A stretch of DNA of 64,000 nucleotides from Eledone cirrhosa (GCA_964016885.1 OZ024741.1:346952001-347016000); one strand, 5' to 3'. Counted from the stretch's first letter, positions 13,043 to 26,810 are shown. Program-made: numbers and translations. Notes: generated by a model not told the origin, from the letters alone.

Positions 13043-13864
13043 TGAGTATTGCTTTCTTACAATTTCTTTGCGCAGTGTCCGGTCGGATTTGAAGAACTGC
13101 TAAAAACCACGTCTGTTCCGCAAATCCTCGAGGAGAACATTTTTTCCGGACTTTGAAAGCACATTTTGGCCGTTTGTGGTGGATTTGTGGATTTGTGTAC
13201 TAAACTTTCTGAATTTGGAACGGCCTGCCTTTTTGGTACTAGAGGTAACATGTATAACATGAATACAAATTTAATTTTGGGGCAGAGGTAAATGACGATT
13301 ATATGAAAGCCATAAATCGGACGAGATGATTTTGTATCAATCGTGAAGTGTGACATACAGCTATACTATGGCCGTGGTTGGCGAGACAAAGACAATCTAA
13401 CCATAAGTTGGTATTTTAATAATAGTTCTCTAATATAAAGGAAACCATCTGACCGATCTACATGAAATGGCGTTCAGGCATTTAAGATACACATTGACGT
13501 TCTGCTGTCTTGGGTAGCAGTGGACGTACAAAAGCCGGCTAGAAACAGAATGAGGGTTGAATTGAACCCATCAATGGTCAAACGTCAAAGGAGAGGTATG
13601 GAAAATATAGCAATAATGATGAGGATCCTGCCTCATTTCTGCTGTCACTTGTTAAACTAAAAATGTAAAATAATTCATACACACTCACACACACAACTGA
13701 TAAACACTTATACGTGCACGGACACACACACATAAACACACACACACATACACTCAAATGTAAATAGATACACATACTCACACATACTCACATACACACG
13801 TATATATATATGTACATAATAAATATACATATATATATATGCATATATATATATATATATATAT

Positions 13865-14039
13865 AACGAAGGAAATGTGGTAAGGAACCAGGTGGACCAT
13901 AACGCACCAAAGTACTCAATACTTGAGGTAGTAGAGTGGGTAATAGGAACCAGTAAGACCCCGACAGCTGAGCTCAAGCCGTTTCGACAGAATTAGCCGT
14001 CGAAACGGCTTGAGCTCAGCTGTCGGGGTCTTACTGGTT

Positions 14040-14044
<5 letters not shown>
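13865..14044. mobile_element. Mini fold-back of a Naiad pLTR end (related to 9670-12108 and 23260-23965) in (TA)n
   Basis: Arm taggaaccagtaagaccccgacagctgagctcaagccgtttcgac and its reverse complement, plus a ~78-bp one-sided tail. The long arm matches 41731-41853. Confidence 0.85.
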
Positions 14045-14086
<42 letters not shown>

Positions 14087-14121
14087 ATATACATATATAT
14101 ATATACATATATATGTATATG

Positions 14122-14170
<49 letters not shown>

Positions 14171-14271
14171 GTATATATATATGCATATATATATATGTTT
14201 ATATATATGTATATTTATATATTGTTATACTCGGGTCATATCAAAAACCTCGTAAAACTAATTCATCGCCG

Positions 14272-14432
<161 letters not shown>

Positions 14433-15744
14433 TGTCAATCATTTAACGTAAGTGGAGTCAAGCACTGAAGTAGCTGAAGTAATCATATTTCATTATCTCA
14501 TTTCAATAGACTGTTCTATTTTTGTTTCATTTCTCCATATTTCTGCAACATCTATTTATCTTTCTCCACGTTCTAATTTATATTTCTGTGCATTTAATAT
14601 TTACTGGTGTTTTATATATCTTATCTTTCTCAAAATTTACTATTTTCTTTTTAATTTCTTCGATTTCTTTATTATGTCTCTTAATTGAAACATTTCTCCT
14701 GCCAATATCGAAACACAGACAGTAATTAATTCTTTTACAATTTTGTGTAAACAAGTTTTCCTTGTGTTCTAACAAAAACAATCCACCTAGTTGATTTTAA
14801 TTGAAAAACCTTCACTCACCCAAATATTTGTTTATATTCACAAATATATAATATGAGGTTAATTATAAATATAAGATGTACACTTCTTCGTTTTGTATAT
14901 CCTATCTTCTTTTTTTTTAATTGTTGTGTTTCTTTATCTTTATAAATTTTCGGTGAATCTGAGAAAAATAATCAATACATTCTCTGTTCCGTTATAATTG
15001 TTTCTGGTTTCTGTATCATTTTCTGAGTGCGTGTTTGTCTGCTAGAACGCGTGCATGTTTATATGTGTATGAATTTATGTATGCGTATTTGTGCCTGCCT
15101 GTTTGAAATGTTGTTCTTAGCCTGTTGTTTGATACGCTATGGGACTATCGTGGACAAATAATTAAGGAAAACATAATAATTAAATTTTTCCCTTTGCTTT
15201 TGTGTTTTCGAATATTAAACCCGGTGCTGATTTTAATATTAGAACAGAATTTGTTAACTAATAACTACTGATAGTAACAAAATTGTACAGGCGTTAAGGG
15301 AAAACTTTAATCAGACGCTTAATTGTCGGGAATTGTTAATCAAAATCTTATGAAACCGCATATTAATGCCTTCTAAAAATGAGTTGATACCCCAGATGAA
15401 CTTAAACCGGAAAACCTCTGAACAAATGTGTTTGGAATTCCTTCTTGTTTAGAAGTGTTCAATTAGAAAATTAAATTTGAGACTAAAAAATATACTAACT
15501 GATTTATAATAACAAGAAACATTCATAGCAATAGCAACAACAGCCCACATATGCAAACGTTCACAATTTCTTCTGAAAAGTTGCTGTCTGAATTTACATG
15601 TCAATTACGACCTCAACATTTGAAATGAAAATATCCCAGCAGCCTGTCCTATCCATATTTGAGGAGCTTGACGAAATTAAATTTGTATCGTATTCTTTAA
15701 GTTGTAATGGAGATAAAGAAGCATTTCATGAACACTAAAATAAT

Positions 15745-15842
15745 TGTTTCTACATTTGGCACAAGGCCAGCAATTACCCAGTACATTACTGATACTTCAT
15801 TTTATCGACCCCGTAAGGATCAAAGGCAAAGTTAACCTCGAT
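15745..15842 (-). mobile_element. SINE 3' fragment (same family as 4419)
   Basis: ggcacaaggccagcaattacccag...ttttatcgaccccgtaaggat..aaggcaaagttaacctcg. Confidence 0.75.
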
Positions 15843-16093
15843 AGCAATATAATTTGCAGGGTTTTAGAATTTTAAAATCTTAAAAACCCTTCGAGAACAA
15901 AACGATTTTGAATAGGATTCTACATTCTGGATCATAACCTTGCATAATTTGAGCACCAGAGTGAAAGGATCAACAAATTACATGTTATGGAAATTTATTA
16001 ATTACTTTAAGGATTTTAATTCATTATTTCGATTTCAGTATATATACGCAATGATCACCCCTCAATACATCGGTAACTTAGTATATTTATAGA

Positions 16094-16094
<1 letters not shown>

Positions 16095-16124
<30 letters not shown>

Positions 16125-17180
16125 CTTCTTCTTCTTCTTCTTCTTCTTCTTCTTCTTCTTCTTCTTCTTCTTCTTCTTCTTCTTCTTCTTCTTCTTCTTC
16201 TTCTTCTTCATATACCCCTGAGAGTGTCATGGTTTCCAAACAACACTTCCAGTGGATTCTGTCAATATCACCACTCTTCACTTGTTCCAGTTGGATTCCC
16301 CAGCGAGAACAGCCAAGGTCTTACACGTTATCCAGCTATCTGCTTTTGCCCATAAAATTTGTCCAGTGATGCTTTCTTGATACATTCTAATCACATGAGC
16401 ATAATATCGGCGTAGTGGTCTCTCGATTTGGGGGAGTATTGTCTCGACATTGATTTATTGTATGATCTCCGAACTATACATTGTATAAAGTAATGTGACT
16501 CCAAGTATGTTTTGGAGGACATCACTTCGGCCAATTGTATTCGCGATTTTATTCATTCGGTCATAACCAACGATTCATGACCATAAGTCAGGTTTGACAC
16601 GAATAACGAATGAAAATGGTTTATACACCAGAAGATGTTATTTGATCGTGTTTAGATCAGTAAAATTTCCTCTCAACCTTGTGAGGATGAACTACACTGG
16701 AAATGAGGAATCGAAACGCGTTCCTGATAGCAGGTTTGGAAGAGGAAGCTCTCATCGAACACTTTATTTGCTGAACTGTATTTGGATTCCAGTTAAAATA
16801 CAAAGTACTCCCATGTCTTAACATTAGATGCCTTCCCTCTCCCTGATGCGACCTCAGGTGCAAAAAGGAAGACTTGCCTCCAAGCTATGTTTTGTAAGCT
16901 TCCTTCTTTGTTCGGGTGAGATTTTAACTTGGTGATTGAGCCAAAGGGTTCTTATATGACCCGGCGCCACATTAAATAGCTTTCGCCAGCTCTGAAGCAG
17001 AAATTGCCGATTTAAACAGTCTCAATTCCGTTTCAACATCCTCAGTATGCTCAAAGATTATTCTAAATTTGGATGCAATAGTATCTGTCTACCTGGTTCT
17101 GAATTCCTTACCAGCCACCATTGCAGATAACTAGATGGTGATCGGTTGACACCTCAGCTCCTCTCGTAACAAACACATTT
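16095..17180 (-). mobile_element. Internally deleted RTE-clade LINE remnant with (GAA)n tail
   Basis: Minus-strand translations RGAEVSTDHHLV (APE motif), EDVETELRLFKSAI, LTYGHESLVMTE*IKSRIQLAE and RRYYAHVIRM, followed by (GAA)n at 16095-16209. Confidence 0.8.
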
Positions 17181-17437
17181 TATATAGAATCGAAGAGATA
17201 TGATACAATAACAACACCAATTATTGATCTATGTCCCTGATTCCCCTTATACCATGTATATTTACGGATGTCTGTGAAAGAGAATGTTCATAATAGAAAG
17301 TCAATTGCTTGAACAGAATTCTGATAACGTAACACCTCCGTATAAATTCATTACTAACACGCCAGCCTTCTATTTATAGCTGGGTTTCAAAATGTTTATT
17401 TATTAAACATACCGTATATCATTAGATATACGAAATT

Positions 17438-17519
<82 letters not shown>

Positions 17520-18034
17520 AAAGAATAGAGGTGTAACACACAAGTTATTATATATTGGTAAACGGAATAGAAAATGCTGACAAATTGTTCACAGTTGAAA
17601 AATGGTTTAATTAGGAATAAAAGAGTATTAGTGATTGTATGGGTTAGTATTCAGTTGTGGTTTTAAGTTTTTAAGTTTTTACCGGTTGCGCATTTCTAAA
17701 TGCTTTTCAAAAATAATTTTGAGATAGAGTGTCCGTGCTGTTTGCTCTGATCTGATTAGTTTTGGGAATTCTACCTGTTTTTATGTTAAAAAAATGGCTC
17801 CAGCTTTATTTTTGTGTTGTAAAAATGCTTGTGGTCAAAACAATTTTGATTGGTCGGTAGAGGTCATGTGAATGTAAAAAGTTGATTTTGCGCCAAGACT
17901 GTTTTTATGTTAAAATGTTAGAAAAGTGGCTCCAGCAAAGATTATGGTCAAAACAATTTTGATTGGTCGGTAGAGGTCATGTGGATAAAAAATTGGTTTT
18001 GCGCCAAGATTGAGAAATGACTCTTTCACAACAA

Positions 18035-18102
<68 letters not shown>

Positions 18103-18492
18103 TAGTAGTAGTAAGGTGTTCGATGCTGCGACAATAGCCACCAGCGATGTGTGTCAAATGGCTATTAAGATAAGTGTGTGTGTGTGTGTGTGTGCGTACA
18201 TACACACAGCAGAGTCATTCGAAGGTCAAAAGATATTTTTCAGCTTTTGTCTTATACGGAGAAGTGCGTGTGTGTTTGTGTGTGTGTGTGTATAAGTCTC
18301 TTTGTATGTTGATGTACGCGTGTGTATGTGTCTGTGTATATATGTGTGTGTGTGTGTGTGCGTGTGTGGGTGGACCAGTATTTTTTTCCCCCCTGGTAAA
18401 ATGGTGTACATTATTCGATTTTTTCAGTAAAATCGGTTCTCTTAATAGAACATCAACAGTCTTAACAATAAAAGGTGTGAAATGATATTCAC

Positions 18493-18537
<45 letters not shown>

Positions 18538-18540
18538 TTT

Positions 18541-18579
<39 letters not shown>

Positions 18580-18721
18580 TACATACATATATATGCACAT
18601 ATATTTTTTTGTATTGCACCATAGAGCATGTGTGTTTACGTGTGTCATTGTGTTTATATGTGGGTAGAGATGTGTGCTGATGTAGGTATGTATGTTGACG
18701 TGTGTATGTTGTGGGTTCGTC

Positions 18722-19700
18722 TTAGGGAGAAGTGTTTAGACGGGGTCCGTATTTGTTAATGAAGTAAGATTCCTTGCTGATGCGCTGGGTGTGGGTGGCA
18801 TTATCTTTAAATTTGTAGAGGGGAAAGATTCTGAAGTTGGGATGATTTTGGGCGGCGCAGGTATCAATGTGTTCACTCAGTGGTATTTTCCTGTATTCCC
18901 GTATTTTAATTTGGGATCTATGGACAGTCATGCGTTGGCGGAGGCTGTTTTTGGTCTGGCCTATGTATTGTTCTCGACAACCTGAACAAGTTAATACATA
19001 TATTAAATTTTCCGATGCACATGTGAAATTGTGTTTTACTATAAAACGTTGTCCATCTTTGAAATAGAATTCCGAACCCTCTATTAGGTTGATGCAAATG
19101 CCACAGTTGGGTCTATCGCATTTTTTTACTGTGGGTTTCGTTGTTGTGGTTGGCAGTACTTTGGCATGTGTTAAGATGTTTTTCATTGACTTGGATTGTC
19201 TTTTGCTCTTTATGATATCGTGTGTTCGTAGAATTTGGTTCATTCTATGGTCCTTTTTCAATACAGGGATGTTCTGGAGGATGGTGTCAAAGGCCTCGTT
19301 GTTGAGGGGGTTGTGTGTGGAGATGTATGGAAGAGCTTTTAGTTTTGGTTGATTTACTTTAGGAGTCTAAGGTCCTGGGTACTGAGTTTTAGGGCACGTT
19401 GGATTCCATTGTCAATTAGTGATGCAGGGTAGTCCCTGCCTATGAGTGTGTCCTTTAGTTCTTGTAGCCGTAAGTAGCAGATGTTTTTATTGGAGACTAT
19501 AGTACAGATTCTCTTGGCTAAGTTGTAGGGAATATTAATTTTAACGTGTCTAGGGTGGCAAGAGTTGAAGGGGAGGTATTGCTTGGAGTCTGTGGGCTTG
19601 TAGTATATGTCTGTTTCTATTTTTTTGTTATGGATCTTAATGAGGATGTCGAGGAAGGGGAGTTGTTGATGGCTGTATTCCATCGTGAAGTTAATATTCA
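18722..19700 (-). pseudogene. PLE RT thumb + Cys linker + GIY-YIG (left arm), one frameshift
   Basis: INFTMEYSHQQLPFLDI, YYKPTDSKQYLPFNSCHP, CDRPNCGIC, NLIYVLTCSGCREQYIGQT..LRQRMTVH, KE.YFI.KY.PRLN. Confidence 0.92.
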
Positions 19701-20664
19701 CGATGGAATACAGCCATCAACAACTCCCCTTCCTCGACATCCTCATTAAGATCCATAACAAAAAAATAGAAACAGACATATACTACAAGCCCACAGACTC
19801 CAAGCAATACCTCCCCTTCAACTCTTGCCACCCTAGACACGTTAAAATTAATATTCCCTACAACTTAGCCAAGAGAATCTGTACTATAGTCTCCAATAAA
19901 AACATCTGCTACTTACGGCTACAAGAACTAAAGGACACACTCATAGGCAGGGACTACCCTGCATCACTAATTGACAATGGAATCCAACGTGCCCTAAAAC
20001 TCAGTACCCAGGACCTTAGACTCCTAAAGTAAATCAACCAAAACTAAAAGCTCTTCCATACATCTCCACACACAACCCCCTCAACAACGAGGCCTTTGAC
20101 ACCATCCTCCAGAACATCCCTGTATTGAAAAAGGACCATAGAATGAACCAAATTCTACGAACACACGATATCATAAAGAGCAAAAGACAATCCAAGTCAA
20201 TGAAAAACATCTTAACACATGCCAAAGTACTGCCAACCACAACAACGAAACCCACAGTAAAAAAATGCGATAGACCCAACTGTGGCATTTGCATCAACCT
20301 AATAGAGGGTTCGGAATTCTATTTCAAAGATGGACAACGTTTTATAGTAAAACACAATTTCACATGTGCATCGGAAAATTTAATATATGTATTAACTTGT
20401 TCAGGTTGTCGAGAACAATACATAGGCCAGACCAAAAACAGCCTCCGCCAACGCATGACTGTCCATAGATCCCAAATTAAAATACGGGAATACAGGAAAA
20501 TACCACTGAGTGAACACATTGATACCTGCGCCGCCCAAAATCATCCCAACTTCAGAATCTTTCCCCTCTACAAATTTAAAGATAATGCCACCCACACCCA
20601 GCGCATCAGCAAGGAATCTTACTTCATTAACAAATACGGACCCCGTCTAAACACTTCTCCCTAA
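19697..20664 (+). pseudogene. PLE RT thumb + GIY-YIG (right arm), same frameshift near 20020
   Basis: Same motifs as the left arm; ORFs 19685-20032 and 20125-20664. Confidence 0.92.
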
Positions 20665-20855
20665 GACGAACCCACAACATACACACGTCAACATACATAC
20701 CTACATCAGCACACATCTCTACCCACATATAAACACAATGACACACGTAAACACACATGCTCTATGGTGCAATACAAACAAATATATGTGCATATATATG
20801 TATGTATATATGTATATATATATATATATATATATGTAGTGAAAATATATATATA

Positions 20856-20889
<34 letters not shown>

Positions 20890-21287
20890 GTGAATATCAT
20901 TTCACACCTTTTATTGTTAAGATTGTTGATGTTCTATTAAGAGAACCGATTTTACTGAAAAAATCGAATAATGTACACCATTTTACCAGGGGGGAAAAAA
21001 ATACTGGTCCACCCACACACGCACACACACACACGCACACATATATACACAGACACATACACACGCGTACATCAACATACAAAGAGACTTATACAGACAC
21101 ACACACACACACACACGCACTTCTCCGTATAAGACAAAAGCTGAAAAATATCTTTTGACCTTCGAATGACTCTGCTGTGTGTATGTACGCACACACACAC
21201 ACACACACACACACACTTATCTTAATAGCCATTTGACACACATCGCTGGTGGCTATTGTCGCAGCATCGAACACCTTACTACTACTA

Positions 21288-21346
<59 letters not shown>

Positions 21347-21676
21347 CACACACATTTGTTGTGAAAGAGTCATTTCTCAATCTTGGCGCAAAACCAATTT
21401 TTTATCCACATGACCTCTACCGACCAATCAAAATTGTTTTGACCATAATCTTTGCTGGAGCCACTTTTCTAACATTTTAACATAAAAACAGTCTTGGCGC
21501 AAAATCAACTTTTTACATTCACATGACCTCTACCGACCAATCAAAATTGTTTTGACCACAAGCATTTTTACAACACAAAAATAACGCTGGAGCCATTTTT
21601 TTAACATAAAAACAGGTAGAATTCCCAAAACTAATCAGATCAGAGCAAACAGCACGGACACTCTATCTCAAAATTA

Positions 21677-21713
21677 TTTTTGAAAAGCATTTAGAAATGC
21701 GCAACCGGTAAAA
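21677..21713 (+). ncRNA. Minimal U3-A8 hammerhead with GAAA to GCAA change (mirror copy 17677-17713, minus strand)
   Basis: ttt TTGAAAA gcatt-taga-aatgc GCAA ccgg TA aaa. Homologous to the intact motif at 44556-44593. Confidence 0.6.
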
Positions 21714-21831
21714 ACTTAAAAACTTAAAACCACAACTGAATACTAACCCATACAATCACTAATACTCTTTTATTCCTAATTAAACCATTTTTCAACTGTG
21801 AACAATTTGTCAGCATTTTCTATTCCGTTTA

Positions 21832-21886
<55 letters not shown>

Positions 21887-22692
21887 TATATACACGAGCG
21901 CGCTCTGTGTGTATAACAGAGAATGAGAGGGAGATCATATCTATAATTGTTCCTATTTTCGTCGGGTGCTTATCGCTTAAATCTATACTTCATTTCCTTT
22001 CTTCACAATTCATGTGGAAAATATGTACGGCGTTTTAATTGGGTACATTGCGTAAAAATACAAATCATCAAGAGGAACATACACAACCTGTATCTCAAAC
22101 TCTCTCTCTCTATCTATCTGTTTCATTTTCTCATGCACATATATAAAGGTAACTTTCCAGTTTTATAATATATACACTGAAAATGTAATTACCATATTAA
22201 AAATGGTACTACTATTCCCAGGCAACCAACTGAAATCAATAAAAGGAATAAAACGTATAATTTATTGCAAATCTAGATTTAATCAAGTTTTACGAAATTA
22301 AAGTTTAGCACCAGATTTGCCTTCTTCAAAAGCAGACCAGAATAAACATAACCGTTCGCATTTCAGTGATAGCGGACGTCTCATAATATCACAAAACGCA
22401 GCCATTGTGTTATGTTTGATGTGGTCTGAGATGAATTCCTATGCTAATACTAATAATCTGACTTTTCGGAATTACGTATATATGGATAAACTAGAGTGGT
22501 TGAATTGAATTGCATCAATGTTTACCGTAAGAATTTAGCTCCTAAATGATGAGCGCTTTATGGTGTAACCGGTATATATGAAGAAGTGGAGGTACCAGCT
22601 ATCAACAACACCTGGAAATTCCATCTACCATGGGGACTATTATCGTCAACTCTACCCTCAATTCCATCTCGTTGTATATATGCATATATGTG

Positions 22693-22883
22693 AAGGCGTG
22701 TTGCTGAGTGGTTAGAGAATTGGATCGATTCCTAGACCAGGCGATGCGTTATGTCCTTGAGCAAGACAATTTATTTCACGTTGCTCCTTCTACCTGGAGT
22801 TGCGACCGATAGATAGTATTAGCAATTGGAAAGACCAACGGAAACATTGTTTCCTCGGTCCGATTTGACGAAAGTCGATCGTT
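22693..22883 (+). mobile_element. tRNA-derived SINE (second family)
   Basis: A-box-like tgagtggttagag, B-box-like gatcgattcc, core tgtccttgagcaagac. The 3' part recurs inverted at 12121-12215. Confidence 0.6.
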
Positions 22884-23199
22884 AAAATAATATATATATA
22901 AATTTTCTATAGATGTGAGTCGCGGATAAGAAGCTATATCATTTAGCTATTGTTTCTTCATAAGTACCTTTTAAACTTATAGCCTCGTTTAAATGATTTA
23001 TTGTGTTGTTGATTTATGCTGATTGGAAGAAGAAATACTGTACATATTTCATCTAATGATTCTATGGAGTTACTTTTTTATATATTGCTCTGATTATTAA
23101 TTATTTAATTAATTCTTCATCGAGCCACACCGTGAATGGTTGCCAAAAACATATATATGTATCTATGACTTGGTCTAGTTTATATGTATATGCCCTTTA

Positions 23200-23259
<60 letters not shown>

Positions 23260-23260
<1 letters not shown>

Positions 23261-23963
23261 TAACAAAGGAATTGTGGTAAGGAACCAAATGGACCATAAC
23301 GCACCAGACTACTCAATACTTAGGGTAGTAGAGTGGCAAATAGGAAAAAGTATGACCCCGACGGCAGAGCTCAAGCCATTTCGACGGCTATTTCTGGACT
23401 AAATTAGAATTTTTAGCCTGGTTGATAAATAGCCGAACTTTTCAAGGGGTTACTTCCTTATATGGTAAGATTGTAGTTGTCAAGAGGATTGGTTAAAATT
23501 TGTTGTAAACACAAATAAGTCTATCATGGCATTTGGTGGGAGGTAGGGGTGGCTGAACTTGCGTGTAGAACAATAGGGGAGTGAGTGGAGCGGTCAAGCG
23601 TTGAAAGTTATATGTATACATTAGATTCAAAGGATAGTGTATGAAGTGGGGGAGGGAGGTTATAGAATAGGTAAATCGAAAGAGAGTAGGAGACAATAAA
23701 AGATATTAGAAAATTTAAAAAAAAAAAAAATTATATAGGAGAAATGAATAAATAAATCACAATGCTATCTTACAGGTTAATAAGCTGAGAATAGAAAAAA
23801 CTTATAGAAATTACAAAACAGATACAAACTTAAAGGGGTTTTTAACACATCTGCTATAAGTAGTTAGTAAAACGTATTCGGCCAATTCTATCTTAAAATA
23901 ACAGGGGTGGGGGAACTGATGCTACAAGGTCCAATGGGCTGCATCGGGTAGGCGAAGGGGAAC

Positions 23964-23965
<2 letters not shown>
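23260..23965 (-). mobile_element. Solo 3'UTR/pLTR of the Naiad family of 9670-12108, in (TA)n
   Basis: Homologous to 11525-12108 and to the tail of 13865 and 41731. Confidence 0.8.
23355..23450 (-). ncRNA. U3-A8 variant hammerhead, intact core
   Basis: acccc TTGAAAA gtt-cggctattt..ggctaaa/tttagtc..aaatagccg-tc GAAA tggc-ttgagctct-gccg TC ggggt. GUC triplet, palindromic gagctc in loop III. Confidence 0.82.
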
Positions 23966-23994
<29 letters not shown>

Positions 23995-24772
23995 CACATT
24001 ATTTTTTTTCTCATATATATATTTTTTCTATCTTATTTTGTGTTACTATGTAATTTTGGTTTTGATTCATGTGATAGACGAAGATGTTAGCTAATTGTTT
24101 GTTTAATTATTACGTTCTATAATTTGAATTTAATTTCTATTCTTCGTTATGGTACTATCGTTCTATATACTGATATTATATATATAATATCCAATATTGA
24201 TACACTTTTCATAATTTCTAACTATAACTTTTATATCTTTCTATTTATTTAATTTTTCATTAACTTCAAACAAGATTTTAACTTTTAATTTCTAATATAT
24301 AATCTGATTATTAGTTTTAATTTTAATTTCCTTTGTGACACTATAATATCTAGACCCTAGAATTAAATTTATATTCTCTTCGCGGGTGATGGTCAATTCC
24401 ATTGTCCAAGCACAAATAGGGGTATATTGAAATTTATACTCAACCACTCCCATTGATTTGGTCGGCTGCAGCTGAACTAGGACTAGCAGTACACTATAAC
24501 ATAGTGGATGGCATGAACCCTGTGCCCGAGTCACCTTAGCAGCCGTGATGGGGGAGATTGGTTGGGGACGGGCTTGCCTAGGCTACTTTCTATGTTTTGG
24601 GTTGTAGTTATATGGCAAACGCCCTTCAAATTTGCACCTGTGCAGAGCTGCTGAGGGATGTTAGGGCTCACAAGGGAATGGGCGAAGTCTTCAAGCAAGA
24701 ACATCATCTTTGTCCATTCCCTTGTCGCTTTAATTTGGATTGCCTCGAGAAGGTAACATCATTATGTAAGAA

Positions 24773-24847
24773 GCTGTCTGATGAGATCACCGCGCTGGTT
24801 AGGCGGAATCGTGTGGCCACTGTCCTCATTGAAATATGTATTATAGC
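24773..24847 (+). ncRNA. Hammerhead-like motif, stem II base disrupted
   Basis: gctgt CTGATGA gatcaccgc...gcggaatc...ctcatt GAAA tatgta TT atagc. Confidence 0.5.
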
Positions 24848-24895
24848 AGTATCAATAATAGACTTTAATATCTGAAACTACTTCGCATTTTCTTA

Positions 24896-24971
<76 letters not shown>

Positions 24972-24978
24972 CTATCTA

Positions 24979-25611
24979 TCTATTTATCTATCTTTCTGTA
25001 TGAGGTGTGTCAGGAGAGAAATAGGACTTTGTATGTTGTGTGCGCTAAGAGAGGGATAGGGATTACTTGGTTGAGTGATCGTGTGACGTAATATTCTATC
25101 TGGGTAGAATATAACTCCGATCACAGTTCTCTAGAGCGATTGTACATTATATTTCACTTGCTTAAATTAGCAGCTCCTCAACTGTAGGAAGTCGAGCGAT
25201 GGGTACAGATCAACGAGACAACCTGAACTTTCTGGTTTGACTCGGCAAAACTCCGTCAGAAAGCACTCAGAATACTGCAGTAAGGGTACGGAGATAATAC
25301 GGGATATCAAGTGACACAAAAGATTCTAATATTCAAAAGATCGAGGAAGTAAAGGATGACCTCAGGATGGCTTTCAACAAGCAGGGCTAAGGCCAAACTG
25401 AGGGAAGTGGTGTGTGGCAATTTTCAGCTGATTGTTCGCAAAGTTACACGTAAGTTGGCATAAAGCGAAGCATCGATCGAATGATTATCGCAGATGATTT
25501 GTTCATGCGGACGTTCTGCACAATGACGGTGCCGATGCCGCTAAGCGGTGACAAAATGGGGTGTCATATGTAAGTGTGTCAAAACATCCTCCTGTGTCTT
25601 GAAATCGAACC

Positions 25612-25615
<4 letters not shown>
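24979..25615 (+). mobile_element. Decayed mariner-like transposon 5' part (HTH region)
   Basis: TIR-like tatgaggtgtgtcaggagag. Translation DQRDNLNFLV*LGKTPSE..LQ*GYGD..DDLR and MTVPMPLSGDK..VCQNILLCLE resemble the mariner N-terminus and WVP linker. Partly duplicated inverted at 25655-25990. Confidence 0.7.
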
Positions 25616-25658
<43 letters not shown>

Positions 25659-26009
25659 GAAGAGGAAACATTCTTGTTCGATTTCAAGACACTGGAGGAT
25701 GTTTTGACACACTTACATATGACACCCTTACATATGACTTACATATGACACACTTACATATGACACCGTCATTGTGCAGAACGTCCGCATGAACAAATCA
25801 TCTGCGATAATCATTCGATCGATGCTTCGATTTATGCCAACTTACGTGTAACTTTGCGAACAATCAGCTGAAAATTGCCACACACCACTTCCCTCAGTTT
25901 GGCCTTAGCCCTGCTTGTTGAAAGCCATCCTGAGGTCATCCTTTACTTCCTCGATCTTGTGAATATTAGAATCTTTTGTGTCACTTGATACAGTACAACG
26001 AATGTTTAT

Positions 26010-26810
26010 TAATTTCACGCTCTGGAGAGTGGGGTGTTGGTGGGGAACGACGTTTCGGGCATAAGCCCTTCCTCAGGTGAGAAATGTGTGGGAACAGAGT
26101 TCAAAGGGTGTGTAGGGGAGTGGTGGAGAGACATATAGCGAAAGGAAACGGTGCGAATGAAATTAAAAATAAAAATAAAAATAAAAATAAAGCATGATCA
26201 AAATACAAGGAATGAAATAAATTTAAATATAAAAGCATGATCAAAATAAACTGAAATTAAAAGGGGGGTAAAACAGGTGGTGGAAGATGTGGGGTGTGTA
26301 GGGGTGGTGGCGGGTGGAGTAGGGAGAGGGAGACGGGGTGTCCGAGCGGGGAGGGCTGAAGGTGGTGTGTGTGTGTAGGTGTACGTGTGTGTGTGTGTGT
26401 ATGTGAAAGTAAGGGTTGGGGGAATAACGGGTTTGCATGTTCAGGAAGAGGTGTGAGTGTGTGTGTGTGGGGGGGGGGGGGGGGGGGTTGTAGGTCGGAG
26501 TGTCTGTGCGTGTGTGGATAGAGGGGTGGGGGGAGAGGAATCAGGAAGCTGACGGTCTAAATATGTGGTGGAAAGCACGTGTGTGTGGGGTTTAAGCGTG
26601 TTGTGGGTGTAGGTGGCGTGTGGAGAAAAAAAAAATTGTTGGGCTGTGTGTGTGTGGGTGAGTTATCTAGGTGATTACGTAAGAGGATGGTTGAAAAGTT
26701 GGTAAAATCCGATGATGTTTAGTGGATTCTGTGGTGGTCAAGTTCTACGTACGAGTATTCCATGAAGCGAAGGTCGGAAGAGGAGAGATGTGGGGTGTAC
26801 AACACACAAA
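26010..26810 (-). mobile_element. PLE 3'UTR/pLTR fragment with hammerhead core
   Basis: 26230-26800 is the reverse complement of about 43460-43995. Core CTGAGGA a-gggc-ttat-gccc GAAA cgtcg TT at 26046-26076, with stem I not formed. Confidence 0.7.

Larger units (their letters stand above)
17556..21834. mobile_element. 4.3-kb head-to-head palindrome of a 5'-truncated Neptune-like PLE
   Basis: Arms 17556-19689 and 19697-21834 with a 7-nt spacer gttaata. ORF translations are mirror-identical. A 40-bp one-sided tail lies at 17516-17555, and (TA)n flanks both outer ends. Confidence 0.95.
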
